NCBI GenBank assembly: GCA_963674945.2
Contig: CAXXWQ010000004.1
Span: 2,656,001-2,720,000, forward strand
DNA: 64,000 bases
Direction of reading: 5' to 3'
From: an uncultured Desulfosarcina sp.
GTDB taxonomy: Bacteria; Desulfobacterota; Desulfobacteria; Desulfobacterales; Desulfosarcinaceae
Shown: positions 10,304-20,303 of the stretch, one piece after another
Layout: each line of letters opens with the position of its first letter
How positions within the stretch are numbered: the stretch's first letter is position 1
Made by a program: the position numbers and the translations under genes
Notes under the pieces: model-generated
What the model was told of the DNA's origin: nothing
Seen by the model: the letters and a program-made list of their open reading frames with translations, nothing else
The model's database searches: none

Positions 10304-13009
10304 TTAGTGGGCTTGCGCCCAGTTCTCCCCCCACGCCAAATTAACCTTCAAGGGCACCGCCAATTCCCAAACGGTCTCCATCTTTTTTCGTACCAGGTCC
10401 CTGGCATCGTCCATCTCCTCGGGCGGCACCTCGAAAATCATCTCATCATGCACGGAGAGCAGCATGGTGGTTCTCATCTTCCCATCCTGCAAGGCCCGGT
10501 CCACATGGATCATGGCCAGTTTGATCAAATCCGCCGCGCTGCCCTGGATCGGTGTGTTGACGGCGGTGCGCTCGGCAAACTGACGCACGTTTCGGTTTGT
10601 GCTGGCGATATCCGGCAGTTTTCGAATGCGTCCCAGCAGGGTGCTCGTCTGGCGGGTTTTGTGTGCCGCCTCGATGGTTTCATCGATGAATTGTTTGACC
10701 TCCTTGTATCGATCGAAATAGTGGTCGATGTAGGTCTGGGCCATCTTGTTGCTGATCGTAAGCTCCCTTGCCAGACCATACGCACTCATGCCGTAAATGA
10801 TACCGAAATTGATCGCCTTTGCCTGTCTACGCAAATCGTCGTCGATAAACTGGGGGATGACCTGAAAAACCTCGGCGGCCGTTCTGCTGTGGATGTCCTC
10901 GTCTTCCTTGAAGGCCTGGATGAGAATCGGGTCCTGGCTGCAATGGGCCAGGAGGCGAAGCTCGATCTGAGAGTAGTCGGCCGAGAGAAAATGCCATCCT
11001 TTCCGCGGAACGAATGCCTTTCTGATTTCACGCCCCTCTTCGGTCCGAATGGGGATATTTTGCAAGTTGGGATCGCTGCTGCTCAATCGGCCGGTGGCGG
11101 CCACGGTCTGGTTAAATGAAGTGTGAATGCGTCCGGTATCCGGATGGATCAACTCCAAAAGGGCATCGGCATAGGTGGACTTGAGTTTGGCGAGACTGCG
11201 GTGACGCAGGATGCGTGCAGGCAGTTCATGATCCCTGGCCAGTGTGGTGAGCACCTCCACATCGGTGGAGTATCCGGTTTTCTTCTTTGTCTTTTTCTGG
11301 ACCGGCAGGTTCAGCTTCTCGAACAGGATCCGTCCCAATTGCTGGGAAGAGTTGATGTTGAAACGTTCACCCGCCAGGTCATAAATTTCTTTTTCGAGTC
11401 CGTCGAGTTGGTCTGAAAAGGAGCGGGACAACTCTTTGAGTCGCTCCCGATCCACGCAGACACCGGCCATCTCCATGCCGAGCAGTACGGGGACCAGCGG
11501 CATCTCCACAGTTTCCATCAGATCCGTCAATTTGTTCTCCTGGAGCAGGGGGACGAAAACGTCGTGGGCGGCCATGGTGATGGCCGCGTCCTCGCTGGCA
11601 TAGGGCGTCGCCTTTTCGATGGTCACCTGGTCGAAGGTAACGGCCGTTTTCCCTTTTCCGGCCACCTCGGTGTAAGAGATATTCTTGTGCCCCAGGTAAT
11701 CCAGCGCAATCTGATCCAGGCCATGGGCACGCTTGCCCGGATCGATCAGGTAAGAGGCCACCATGGTATCGAACCGGACGCCGGCCAGATCCAGGCCGTG
11801 CCGGCGCAGCACCATCCAGTCGTACTTGATGTTCTGGCCGATTTTCTCGATTTTCGGATCGGCCAGGACTGGCTGCAACCGATCCCGCACGAGGGAAAAT
11901 GGAAGCTGATCCGGTACCCCCAGGTAGTTGTGTCCCACGGGAATGTACCAGGCGCGTGTTGGTTCGATGGCAAAGGAAAAACCCACCAGCCTGGCCCGCA
12001 TGGGATCCTGGCTGGTGGTCTCCGTATCCAGAGCGAATCGACCGGCCTCTTTAAGACGTCCCACCAGATCATCGAGGGCGGCTTCGTCCAGGATGGCTTC
12101 GTAATGGCGCTTAACCGCTTCATCGCCCTTTGCATATTCTTGTTGCAGCTGACGGAACTCCAATTGGGAGAAGAGCCGGGTCAGCCGGTCGTCGTCGGCA
12201 TTTCGCCGCTTTACTTCCACCGGATCGAAGGCCACGGGCGCATTTTGTTCGATGGTGACCAGTTCCCGGCTGAGCAGTGCCTGTTCCTTGAATTCAATCA
12301 ACTTCTCTTTCTGCTTCTTCGCCGTGATTTCGTCGATTCGATCGTACACCCCGTCGATGCTGCCGAAGGTCTGGATCAATTTTGCGGCGGTCTTCGGGCC
12401 GATGCCGGGCACGCCGGGAATATTGTCGGATGTGTCACCAGAAAGCCCCATCACATCGATCATCTGAAGCGGTTTTAGCTGGAACTCTTTTTCGATGGTT
12501 TCCGGGTCGATGACCTTGTCTTTCATGGGATCCCAAATCGTACAACGTTCGGTGACCAACTGCATGAAGTCCTTGTCCCCGGTGACCATCACCACCGAAA
12601 ATCCCTTTTCCTGTGCCCCGCGGGCCAGGGTGGCGATAAGGTCGTCGGCCTCGAATCCCGTCTCTTCGAAAACGGGAATGTTGAAGGCCTCGGTGACCCT
12701 CCGGATCCAGGGAAGCTGGGCCACGAGATCATCGGGCATGGGAGGCCGGTTTGCCTTGTAGTCCTCGTACCGTTCATGGCGAAACGTGGGCCCCTTGGCA
12801 TCGAAGAACATGGCCACATGGGATGGAGATCGATCCTGCATCAACTTGATCAGCATGCGGGTAAACCCGAAGGTGGCGTTGGTGGGCAGTCCGGTACTGT
12901 TGGACAGCCCGCGAACGGCATGGTAGGCACGGTAAATATACGCGCTTCCGTCGATCAGGTATACGGTGGGCGTTTCCGGTTCCTTTTCCATTTCAATTTG
13001 CGTTGACAC
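10304..13009 (-). CDS. polA: DNA polymerase I
   Basis: LIDGSAYIYRAYHA 5'-exo, ALDTET 3'-exo, TGRLSSSDPNLQNIP, DYSQIELR, KAINFGIIYG, VHDE. Confidence 0.98.
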   Translation of the reverse strand: MSTQIEMEKEPETPTVYLIDGSAYIYRAYHAVRGLSNSTGLPTNATFGFTRMLIKLMQDRSPSHVAMFFDAKGPTFRHERYEDYKANRPPMPDDLVAQLPWIRRVTEAFNIPVFEETGFEADDLIATLARGAQEKGFSVVMVTGDKDFMQLVTERCTIWDPMKDKVIDPETIEKEFQLKPLQMIDVMGLSGDTSDNIPGVPGIGPKTAAKLIQTFGSIDGVYDRIDEITAKKQKEKLIEFKEQALLSRELVTIEQNAPVAFDPVEVKRRNADDDRLTRLFSQLEFRQLQQEYAKGDEAVKRHYEAILDEAALDDLVGRLKEAGRFALDTETTSQDPMRARLVGFSFAIEPTRAWYIPVGHNYLGVPDQLPFSLVRDRLQPVLADPKIEKIGQNIKYDWMVLRRHGLDLAGVRFDTMVASYLIDPGKRAHGLDQIALDYLGHKNISYTEVAGKGKTAVTFDQVTIEKATPYASEDAAITMAAHDVFVPLLQENKLTDLMETVEMPLVPVLLGMEMAGVCVDRERLKELSRSFSDQLDGLEKEIYDLAGERFNINSSQQLGRILFEKLNLPVQKKTKKKTGYSTDVEVLTTLARDHELPARILRHRSLAKLKSTYADALLELIHPDTGRIHTSFNQTVAATGRLSSSDPNLQNIPIRTEEGREIRKAFVPRKGWHFLSADYSQIELRLLAHCSQDPILIQAFKEDEDIHSRTAAEVFQVIPQFIDDDLRRQAKAINFGIIYGMSAYGLARELTISNKMAQTYIDHYFDRYKEVKQFIDETIEAAHKTRQTSTLLGRIRKLPDIASTNRNVRQFAERTAVNTPIQGSAADLIKLAMIHVDRALQDGKMRTTMLLSVHDEMIFEVPPEEMDDARDLVRKKMETVWELAVPLKVNLAWGENWAQAH

Positions 13010-13219
13010 GAGTCGGCTCCTGCATTAGTTATTCGTTTTCGTCGACAGTACCATTATTAAACCGGCAATTAAATAGCCAAACCGAACGAAACAGTTCTTT
13101 TCTCTAAACCATGGTTTATAAGGGTTTATAAAAATATTGCGTTGGTAGAATTGCGCTATTTGCTTGCCGGTTTAATAACCATCTAAAACGACAACACTTT
13201 GGCGAGTTGATACGTTACC

Positions 13220-13444
13220 ATGAACGATGATGGATCCCGCCGGAAAAAGCGCTCCCGAAGACGTCAAAAAGGACCGAAAACCTGCCATTGCTGCCGGGCG
13301 GAAGTTCCCTTTTGCTGGACATGTCGCTGCGGTTTCATGATCTGCCAGGACTGCATGAACGAGAACGTGTGGGGGATGTCATGCAACGGCATTACCTGGC
13401 AATGCCCGGACTGCGGCGGGCAGAACGGATTTGGCAACCAGTAA
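13220..13444 (+). CDS. Small Cys-rich putative zinc-finger protein
   Basis: Basic N-terminus then CHCC, CWTCRC, CQDC, CPDC. Confidence 0.65.
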   Translation: MNDDGSRRKKRSRRRQKGPKTCHCCRAEVPFCWTCRCGFMICQDCMNENVWGMSCNGITWQCPDCGGQNGFGNQ

Positions 13445-13474
13445 TCGTAGATTACTGTCTGCACAACACTTAAT

Positions 13475-14386
13475 ATGAAAAACCGTTACCTAAAATCCGA
13501 CCTGCTCTTCTTGACCACGGCGACCATATGGGGATTCGCATTCGTGGCCCAGCGTATGGGAATGGATCACGTGGGGCCCTTCACTTTCAATGGCATCCGG
13601 TTCTTCCTCGGCGCCATGGTGTTGTTGCCCTTCATCCATGGCAGGTCCAAGCGCAACCATGAAAAAAAAGCCTTACGCCGAAAGGAAAATATCCATGGAC
13701 TGGCCATTTTCGGTACGATTGCCGGCCTTGCCATCTTCGCCGGCGCATCCTTGCAACAGGTGGGCCTTGTGTACACCACCGCCGGCAAGGCGGGATTCAT
13801 TACCGGGCTGTATGTAATCATAGTCCCCATCATGGGCCTTTGCTGGGGCCAACGAACCAATGCGGGAACCTGGATCGGAGCGCTGCTGGCTACGGTCGGC
13901 ATGTACCTGCTCAGCATCACCGAAGACGTTTCCATCTCCATGGGGGACCTTTTGGAATTGATCGGTGCGGTGTTCTGGGCCGGCCACATCCACCTGATCG
14001 GCTGGGTCTCGCCCAAGACCGACGCCTTGAAGTTGGCCTTTGCCCAGTATGTCGTATGCGCCGCGGCCAGTCTGGCAACAGCCTTTGTGTTCGAAACCAT
14101 CACTCTGCCGGGCATCATCAATGCCGCGATCCCCATCCTGTACGGGGGCGTATTGTCCGTGGGAATCGCCTACACGCTCCAGGTGGTGGCCCAACGCCAC
14201 GCCCATCCGGCCCATGCCGCCATCCTGCTCAGCCTGGAATCTGTGTTCGCCGCCTTAGGCGGGTGGCTGATTTTAGATGAAATGATGTCGGGCAGGGGAA
14301 TGGCAGGATGCTGCCTGATGTTCTCTGGAATGCTGGTCTCCCAGTTATACGGTTTTATCCGTATGGGGCATGGAAAAAAAGAGTAA
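13475..14386 (+). CDS. EamA/DMT family transporter
   Basis: IWGFAFVAQ, AGKAGFITGLY, LESVFAALGG; about 10 TM segments. Confidence 0.9.
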   Translation: MKNRYLKSDLLFLTTATIWGFAFVAQRMGMDHVGPFTFNGIRFFLGAMVLLPFIHGRSKRNHEKKALRRKENIHGLAIFGTIAGLAIFAGASLQQVGLVYTTAGKAGFITGLYVIIVPIMGLCWGQRTNAGTWIGALLATVGMYLLSITEDVSISMGDLLELIGAVFWAGHIHLIGWVSPKTDALKLAFAQYVVCAAASLATAFVFETITLPGIINAAIPILYGGVLSVGIAYTLQVVAQRHAHPAHAAILLSLESVFAALGGWLILDEMMSGRGMAGCCLMFSGMLVSQLYGFIRMGHGKKE

Positions 14387-14530
14387 AACCGGCGCCGCCT
14401 TGGACCAGGCAGACACCGCGGCCATGTGTGCGCCTTCATGGGCGCGCACCTCCTGGTCCCGCTTTTTCAACTCCCGCACCTGTTTCCACTCCGGCTCACC
14501 GAGATTCTGGTCCTCGTCCGCATTGGAAAT
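14384..14530 (-). pseudogene. Fragment of an SprA-related family gene
   Basis: Minus strand reads QVRELKKRDQEVRAHEGAHMAA, then in a shifted frame LVQGGAGFT; truncated against the EamA stop. Confidence 0.6.
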
Positions 14531-14574
14531 GGATTTTTCCGATCATGGTTTTTTCTTCGCGTGTAGTAAGTTCA

Positions 14575-15228
14575 TCACGCCAATGCACTGCAAATTGCGG
14601 CAGCCGACGATTCGATGGAAAGCGTACCGGTATTAAGGATCATATCGTAATGAGCCGGATCACGGATATCGCTGTTAAAATACTTGCGCACAAACGCCTG
14701 ACGATCGGAATCGGTCCGTATCACCCGCTTCCTGGCCACCTTTTTGTCCACACCATAGGTTTCCGCCACACGGTTCACACGAATTTCCAGGGGAGCGATG
14801 ACACGTACCCGGAAACGGTTTTCCGGCGGTAGGACAAAATTGGCACCCCGGCCCACAATGATGGCCTTTCCATGCCGGCCAATCGTGCCGATGACCTTCA
14901 TCAACATGTGGGAGACTTCATCCGGCCACAGATGCCGATCGCTGATGGCGGCCGAGACCCAGTCTTCGAGCATGGAAAGACCCCGTTCGTCCAAAGTCCG
15001 GATGACCCGGGTACTGGTATCTGCATTTTCCGCCATGGCATTAATCAATTGTTGATGAAAAATATCGAGTCCGAGCCTCTCGGCCACGGCTTCGGCTATC
15101 AGTTTTCCACCACTGCCCGGTTCCCGGGAAAGGGTGATCACCGGCAATGGTTTTTCTTCGGATGCCTCTTTTTGTAAAATCTCCCAGCGACGCACCTTCT
15201 CTTCGATAAGTTGGTGAATGGATTTCAT
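14575..15228 (-). CDS. Cytidylate kinase-like family protein
   Basis: VITLSREPGSGG, IIVGRGANF, D..R..F, YDMILNT. Confidence 0.85.
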   Translation of the reverse strand: MKSIHQLIEEKVRRWEILQKEASEEKPLPVITLSREPGSGGKLIAEAVAERLGLDIFHQQLINAMAENADTSTRVIRTLDERGLSMLEDWVSAAISDRHLWPDEVSHMLMKVIGTIGRHGKAIIVGRGANFVLPPENRFRVRVIAPLEIRVNRVAETYGVDKKVARKRVIRTDSDRQAFVRKYFNSDIRDPAHYDMILNTGTLSIESSAAAICSALA

Positions 15229-15730
15229 GGTGCCTCCTTTTGGTTGCGGGTCTATCACATTTTATGTCCGCCTATGGAACGATACTTTGCCGAGTTCGTA
15301 AAAAGCTATTTTTACTTATATGTATGAACGAGTTCCGTGGGAGGCCGAGATCCGATTTCAGGTCAGACCAGCAAACAGAGAGGGCTGCGTTTGGAAGAAC
15401 GATCGCGAAAAAACGTCGGGTGACACGTGGAACCGAAGGATAGAACGAAACGTGAAAGAGAAGAACGATTGGCACAAAAAGCAGCAATAACAGTAGTATT
15501 TTAAAAATTGTATGCGACAATGGTTTTGATGTCAACAATGTGATGCGGCCGCATCAGGAGAATCGCAAGTAGCGATGATAGAGTGAACCCGCCTTCCCCA
15601 TGCCCTGTATCAGATCAACATGCGATCACCCCGGAAACCGCATCCAGGCAATGGACACGACATGGACGCCTACCTTTTTCGAACACTTCGGCCTTTCTTC
15701 TCGACATTTTTACTGCTACTATCATTGCCA

Positions 15731-16489
15731 ATGGAAGAAAAAGCATATCCGGACCAAACGAAAAAGGTCTATTTTTTCGGAACCTGCCTGATGGACGCCC
15801 TTTATCCCGACGCGGGCATGGCGGCCATCCGTCTGTTGGAATTCTTCGGCGTCAACGTCCTTTTTCCACAGGGTCAATCCTGTTGCGGCCAACCGGCGTA
15901 CAATTCCGGTTTTCCCAAAGAAGCCAGGGCCGTTGCCCGCAGACAGATGCGGGTATTTGCCGGACCCTATCCCATCGTTGTGCCATCCGGCTCCTGTGCC
16001 GGCATGATGAAACATCACTATCCGGATCTGTTTGCCGGAACACCGGACGAAGCCAGGGCGCGCCGTTTCTCCCGGCGGGTCTACGAATGGTCGGAATATA
16101 TGGCAACGGTGATGAACGCCACCATCGAAGACAGGGGAGATCCGGTGACCATTACCTGGCATAGTTCCTGTCATGCCCTGCGGGAAATGGATGTGATCCG
16201 CCACTCCAAGACCCTGATTCGACAGTTGAAAAACGTCACCCTGGTAGAACTGTCGCGCGAGACGGAATGCTGCGGATTCGGCGGCACCTTCGCCGTCAAG
16301 CAATCAGCCATATCGGCCGCCATGGTCCTGGACAAGGTGGCCGATATCGCCCAAACAGGTGCTCGGATCGTCGTCGCCGGAGACTGCGGATGCCTGATGA
16401 ACATCACCGGTGCCATGGCCAAAACCGGCATGACGGTGACCGGCAAACACCTGGCTGAATTTCTCTGGGAGAGAATCAATGGAAAATGA
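15731..16489 (+). CDS. lutA: L-lactate utilization protein A (LutA/LldE), CCG domain
   Basis: YFFGTCLMD, QSCCGQPAYNSG, PSGSC, HSSCH, CCGFGGTF, DCGCLMNI. Confidence 0.9.
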   Translation: MEEKAYPDQTKKVYFFGTCLMDALYPDAGMAAIRLLEFFGVNVLFPQGQSCCGQPAYNSGFPKEARAVARRQMRVFAGPYPIVVPSGSCAGMMKHHYPDLFAGTPDEARARRFSRRVYEWSEYMATVMNATIEDRGDPVTITWHSSCHALREMDVIRHSKTLIRQLKNVTLVELSRETECCGFGGTFAVKQSAISAAMVLDKVADIAQTGARIVVAGDCGCLMNITGAMAKTGMTVTGKHLAEFLWERINGK

Positions 16490-17909
16490 GCCGCGTTTCG
16501 ATTTCCAGCACAATGTGAACGGTGCTCTGGCAGACGATCAGCTGCGGAAAAACCTGCGCAACGCCATGGACATTCTCGTCGACAAGCGCAAAGCGGTCTT
16601 TCCCGATACAAAAATCCTGGAGCAACTGCGGTCGGCCGGCAACGCCATCAAGCGCCGTGCGCTGAAAAAATTGCCGCAGCTTTTAGAACAGCTGGAGATC
16701 AACTGCAAACAAAACGGCATCCAGGTGCACTGGGCCGAGGAGACGACCCGGGCCAACGACTTCGTGCTGGACATCCTACGCCGCCATGGGGCATCGGCCA
16801 TCGTCAAGGGCAAATCCATGGTCTCCGAGGAGATGCACCTGAACCGGTTTCTGGAGAGAAACGGCATCGAGGCGATAGAGACGGACCTGGGCGAGTTCAT
16901 CATCCAGCTCAACCATGAAACCCCCTCCCACATCATCGTACCGGCCATTCACAAGAACAAGGACGAGGTAGCCGCCATCTTTCACGAAAAACTGCCGGAT
17001 ACACCCTATACCGAGAACGTGGAGGAACTGACCGGTATCGCACGCAAGGTGCTGCGAAAGCGTTTCGCCGGCACCACGGTGGGTCTCTCGGGCGTCAACT
17101 TCGCCATCGCCGAGACCGGCACCCTGCTCCTTGTGGAAAATGAGGGCAACGGTCGCATGTGCACCACGGTTCCCGATGTGCACATCGCCGTGATGGGTCT
17201 GGAAAAGGTTGTGGAAACGCTTTCGGACGTGCCCCCGTTGCTTCGGCTGCTCACCGGTTCGGCCACGGGTCAGGTCATCACCACCTATGTCAACATGATC
17301 ACCTCCCCCCGGAAAGAAGGAGAGAGAGATGGACCCAAGGAGGTTCACCTGATCATTTTAGATAACGGCCGATCCGAGATTCTGGCCGATCCGCAGCTAC
17401 GCCAAACCCTCTTGTGCATTCGCTGCGGGACCTGCCTGAACCATTGTCCGGTCTACGTGCGCATCGGCGGTCATGCCTATGGACACGTCTACCCGGGGCC
17501 CATCGGTAAAATTCTCACCCCGCAGATGGAGGGTCTCGAACGGACCGGTGTTCTGGTGACGGCGTCCAGCCTCTGCGGTGCCTGCGGTGAAGTGTGCCCC
17601 GTGAAAATCCCCATTCCCCATTTGATCCGGCGCCTGCGAAACGAACTGTACGATGAAAAGGGAAGCGCCGTGGTAAAAGGCGGGGGTTGCAAACGGACTA
17701 CTGCCGAAACCATGGTGTGGAAAGGATGGGAACTGGTCAACCGCTCACCGTTGCTCAACGATATGGGCACGCGCCTGGCCGGCAAGGCGGGAAAGCGATT
17801 ACCCGCGGTTGGCCCGATGAAACAATGGACCCGTGTCCGTACGAAACCGGTGGTGGCCCCTGTCAGTCTGCATCAACGCGTCCGCCATGAGGGGATTCGA
17901 GATGAATAG
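16479..17909 (+). CDS. lutB: L-lactate utilization Fe-S protein B (LutB/LldF)
   Basis: KGKSMVSEE, ETDLGEFIIQL, ENEGNGR, CIRCGTCLNHCP, SSLCGACGEVCPVKI. Confidence 0.93.
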   Translation: MENEPRFDFQHNVNGALADDQLRKNLRNAMDILVDKRKAVFPDTKILEQLRSAGNAIKRRALKKLPQLLEQLEINCKQNGIQVHWAEETTRANDFVLDILRRHGASAIVKGKSMVSEEMHLNRFLERNGIEAIETDLGEFIIQLNHETPSHIIVPAIHKNKDEVAAIFHEKLPDTPYTENVEELTGIARKVLRKRFAGTTVGLSGVNFAIAETGTLLLVENEGNGRMCTTVPDVHIAVMGLEKVVETLSDVPPLLRLLTGSATGQVITTYVNMITSPRKEGERDGPKEVHLIILDNGRSEILADPQLRQTLLCIRCGTCLNHCPVYVRIGGHAYGHVYPGPIGKILTPQMEGLERTGVLVTASSLCGACGEVCPVKIPIPHLIRRLRNELYDEKGSAVVKGGGCKRTTAETMVWKGWELVNRSPLLNDMGTRLAGKAGKRLPAVGPMKQWTRVRTKPVVAPVSLHQRVRHEGIRDE

Positions 17910-18657
17910 CCAAACCGCCCGCCGGCGGATCATGTTCCGCCTCAAGGCCGCCGGTTCCCATGGAATCGAAGTGCCGGACGCCCCGCAGTCGCCAACACCC
18001 CACCTGGAAAGGGAAGAGAGAATACAGCTGCTCTCCGAGCTGATGACGGCCATGCGGACCGAAGTCCACATGGTGACCGCCGACACCTGGATCGACAGAC
18101 TCAAGGCGCTGGCACGGGAAAAGGGTTGGAAAAACATGCTGTATGGCCCTAAAACGCCCATTGGATCGGTTTTGGAGAACGCATGGACATCCGATGATGA
18201 TCATGGGCTGCCCCAACTGGTGCCCTATGCCGAACCGGTGGAAACGTTCAAGGAAGAGCTGTTTCAGATCGATGCCGGCATCACCATTGCCCGTGGCGCC
18301 GTGGCCGACACCGGTGCCATCGTGCTGTGGCCGACCCGGGATGAACCGCGGCTCATCTCACTGGTGCCGGCCGTACATATCGCGGTTCTCGATGCGGACA
18401 AGATCTACAATTCGCTGACGGAAATGATGGCGGTCGAGAGATGGTCGGACGGCATGCCGACAAACGTTCTGTTGGTTTCGGGTCCTTCCAAGACGGCCGA
18501 TATCGAGTTTACGCTGGTGTTCGGCGTTCATGGGCCGAAGGAGCTGGTGGTACTGATAAGGAAAGAATCGGCAGGGTCCGCTTTCACGGATTCAGCCTTT
18601 TTTCTCCAACTGCCGGCCGAGCAGGAAGGCATCGACGGCACTGATGATCCAGGTTAA
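17902..18657 (+). CDS. lutC: L-lactate utilization protein C (LutC/LldG)
   Basis: AVADTG, RLISLVP, SGPSKTADIE, GVHGP; start overlaps the end of lutB. Confidence 0.88.
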   Translation: MNSQTARRRIMFRLKAAGSHGIEVPDAPQSPTPHLEREERIQLLSELMTAMRTEVHMVTADTWIDRLKALAREKGWKNMLYGPKTPIGSVLENAWTSDDDHGLPQLVPYAEPVETFKEELFQIDAGITIARGAVADTGAIVLWPTRDEPRLISLVPAVHIAVLDADKIYNSLTEMMAVERWSDGMPTNVLLVSGPSKTADIEFTLVFGVHGPKELVVLIRKESAGSAFTDSAFFLQLPAEQEGIDGTDDPG

Positions 18658-18954
18658 AACGATGACCAGCAGGGCGATCGCATATCCACCGGTGTCCACC
18701 TGCGCCATGGCCTGGTTGGCCTCGGCGACCATATGGTTGAAATCGGCCATATTCGTGGCGGGCCCCATTTGGGCGACGATATCCATGGCGGTCTGTGTGG
18801 CCCGCACCATGACGACGATCAACCCACCCATGACGGCAAGCATGTAGACTGTGCCGCGAATGTACCGTTTGAGGACGATTTGGCCCAGACCGGGCAGCAC
18901 GAGTCCTGAATAGAGAAGACCTTTGATGGATTTGCGCATGATACTTCTCTTCAT
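18592..18954 (-). CDS. Hypothetical membrane protein
   Basis: SGLVLPGLGQ motif and 2-3 TM segments. Confidence 0.75.
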   Translation of the reverse strand: MKRSIMRKSIKGLLYSGLVLPGLGQIVLKRYIRGTVYMLAVMGGLIVVMVRATQTAMDIVAQMGPATNMADFNHMVAEANQAMAQVDTGGYAIALLVIVLTWIISAVDAFLLGRQLEKKG

Positions 18955-19157
18955 TTGTTAATCCGCCACATTGGATAATTCCCCCGATACGGATGGATCG
19001 AAAATGTCCGGGAAATAGAAACGAAGGCGGTGGGATGTAACGGGGGGATCGAAAGAGAGGCCTGGGGCGTTAGCAACCACAGACACCAGAATGCCCGGTT
19101 CCATGTCCGGTTTATCTCCTTGTAATTAAATATAAATATATAATTTTGTCCTGTTTC

Positions 19158-19457
19158 TTACAATCGCAGGTAGAAAAATTCGAATTCACCATCATTGATG
19201 TCGATCTTGAGGTTATACCCCCTGGATTCGGCAAAAACGATCCAGGGAGGGCGGTCGCCTTTGCCGCAATCGTGTCTGGGCCAGTACTCCCCCGTTTTTC
19301 CGCTGTTGTACGAGAGCATCATGGCGTTCTTGTCCATCTCCCGGGCCTTCTCCTTAGCCATTGCACTGGCCGACGGCAGGTCGAGGTTAGGGTCTTTCAC
19401 AGTGATGGTAACGGTTTCCAGGGTATATTCATCGCTTGCCGTTTTGATTTGTGCCAT
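19158..19457 (-). CDS. AF1514-like family protein
   Basis: AMMLSY, P..C...RPPW..FAESRG..L.IDIN.GEFEF pattern; GGAGG RBS. Confidence 0.7.
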   Translation of the reverse strand: MAQIKTASDEYTLETVTITVKDPNLDLPSASAMAKEKAREMDKNAMMLSYNSGKTGEYWPRHDCGKGDRPPWIVFAESRGYNLKIDINDGEFEFFYLRL

Positions 19458-19570
19458 CTCGGCCTCCTTTTCCAATGGGGAATCATTTTCCAAACAAGAT
19501 AAGGCCTTATGGGGATCTGTCCAATAATGACAAAAAAAGTCTTTAAAAAAGTGTTTCCCTTTTCAGAGAA

Positions 19571-20245
19571 TCAAGTGGTCTCCATGGACCGGATGTCCCT
19601 GTTTTCCAAGACAGGGGCAACATGCGCACCGGTTCCGTAAAGGCCGGCATGAACCATGGCAGCTGCCAATTTTTCTGAAGTGATGCCGAGGTTCGGATAT
19701 ATGTGGCGAACAAAGGGGTAGAGTAGGCGGGGGATCGCATACATGAGATTGGGCTCCTTACGTGGCGTGACCGGGTAGATGTATCCGGGCCGGAAAATGT
19801 GCACGCGGGTAAAGCCCGTTTCCAGCAGGCCGTTTTCGGCCATCCCCTTGTAACGGCCGAAGGCCATCCGGCTCTTTCCGGTTCGGTCGGCACCCTGTCC
19901 GCTGAGATAACAAAAGGCGGCCTGCGAGCTCTTCTCCATGAGGGCCGATGCAAATGCCAGGGTGTAGTCGACCGTGATCTTTCGGAATTCATCATCGGGA
20001 ACCGCACCGGTGTAAACGCCTAAGCAGTACAGTGCCGCATCATTATCCTGGAACGCGTCGGCAACCGCTGAATAATCCATGAAATTGTCGTGAAGAACAT
20101 CGCGAAGTTTGGCGTGCTCGATGTCGACTGGACGCCTCCCGATGACCGTTACGTTGGCGACATCCGGTTTGTCCAGGCACAAACGCAAAACGCATCCGCC
20201 GACCATGCCGGTTGCACCGGTAATGATGATACGCTTTCCCTTCAT
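19571..20245 (-). CDS. NAD(P)-binding epimerase/atypical SDR
   Basis: IITGATGMVG, YCLG, YLSGQGAD, FRPGYI. Confidence 0.85.
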   Translation of the reverse strand: MKGKRIIITGATGMVGGCVLRLCLDKPDVANVTVIGRRPVDIEHAKLRDVLHDNFMDYSAVADAFQDNDAALYCLGVYTGAVPDDEFRKITVDYTLAFASALMEKSSQAAFCYLSGQGADRTGKSRMAFGRYKGMAENGLLETGFTRVHIFRPGYIYPVTPRKEPNLMYAIPRLLYPFVRHIYPNLGITSEKLAAAMVHAGLYGTGAHVAPVLENRDIRSMETT

Positions 20246-20303
20246 GAATGCGCAATCCTTTGAAATTATTTTTGTTCGATATAAAACGACCCCGAACGTT
20301 GCG

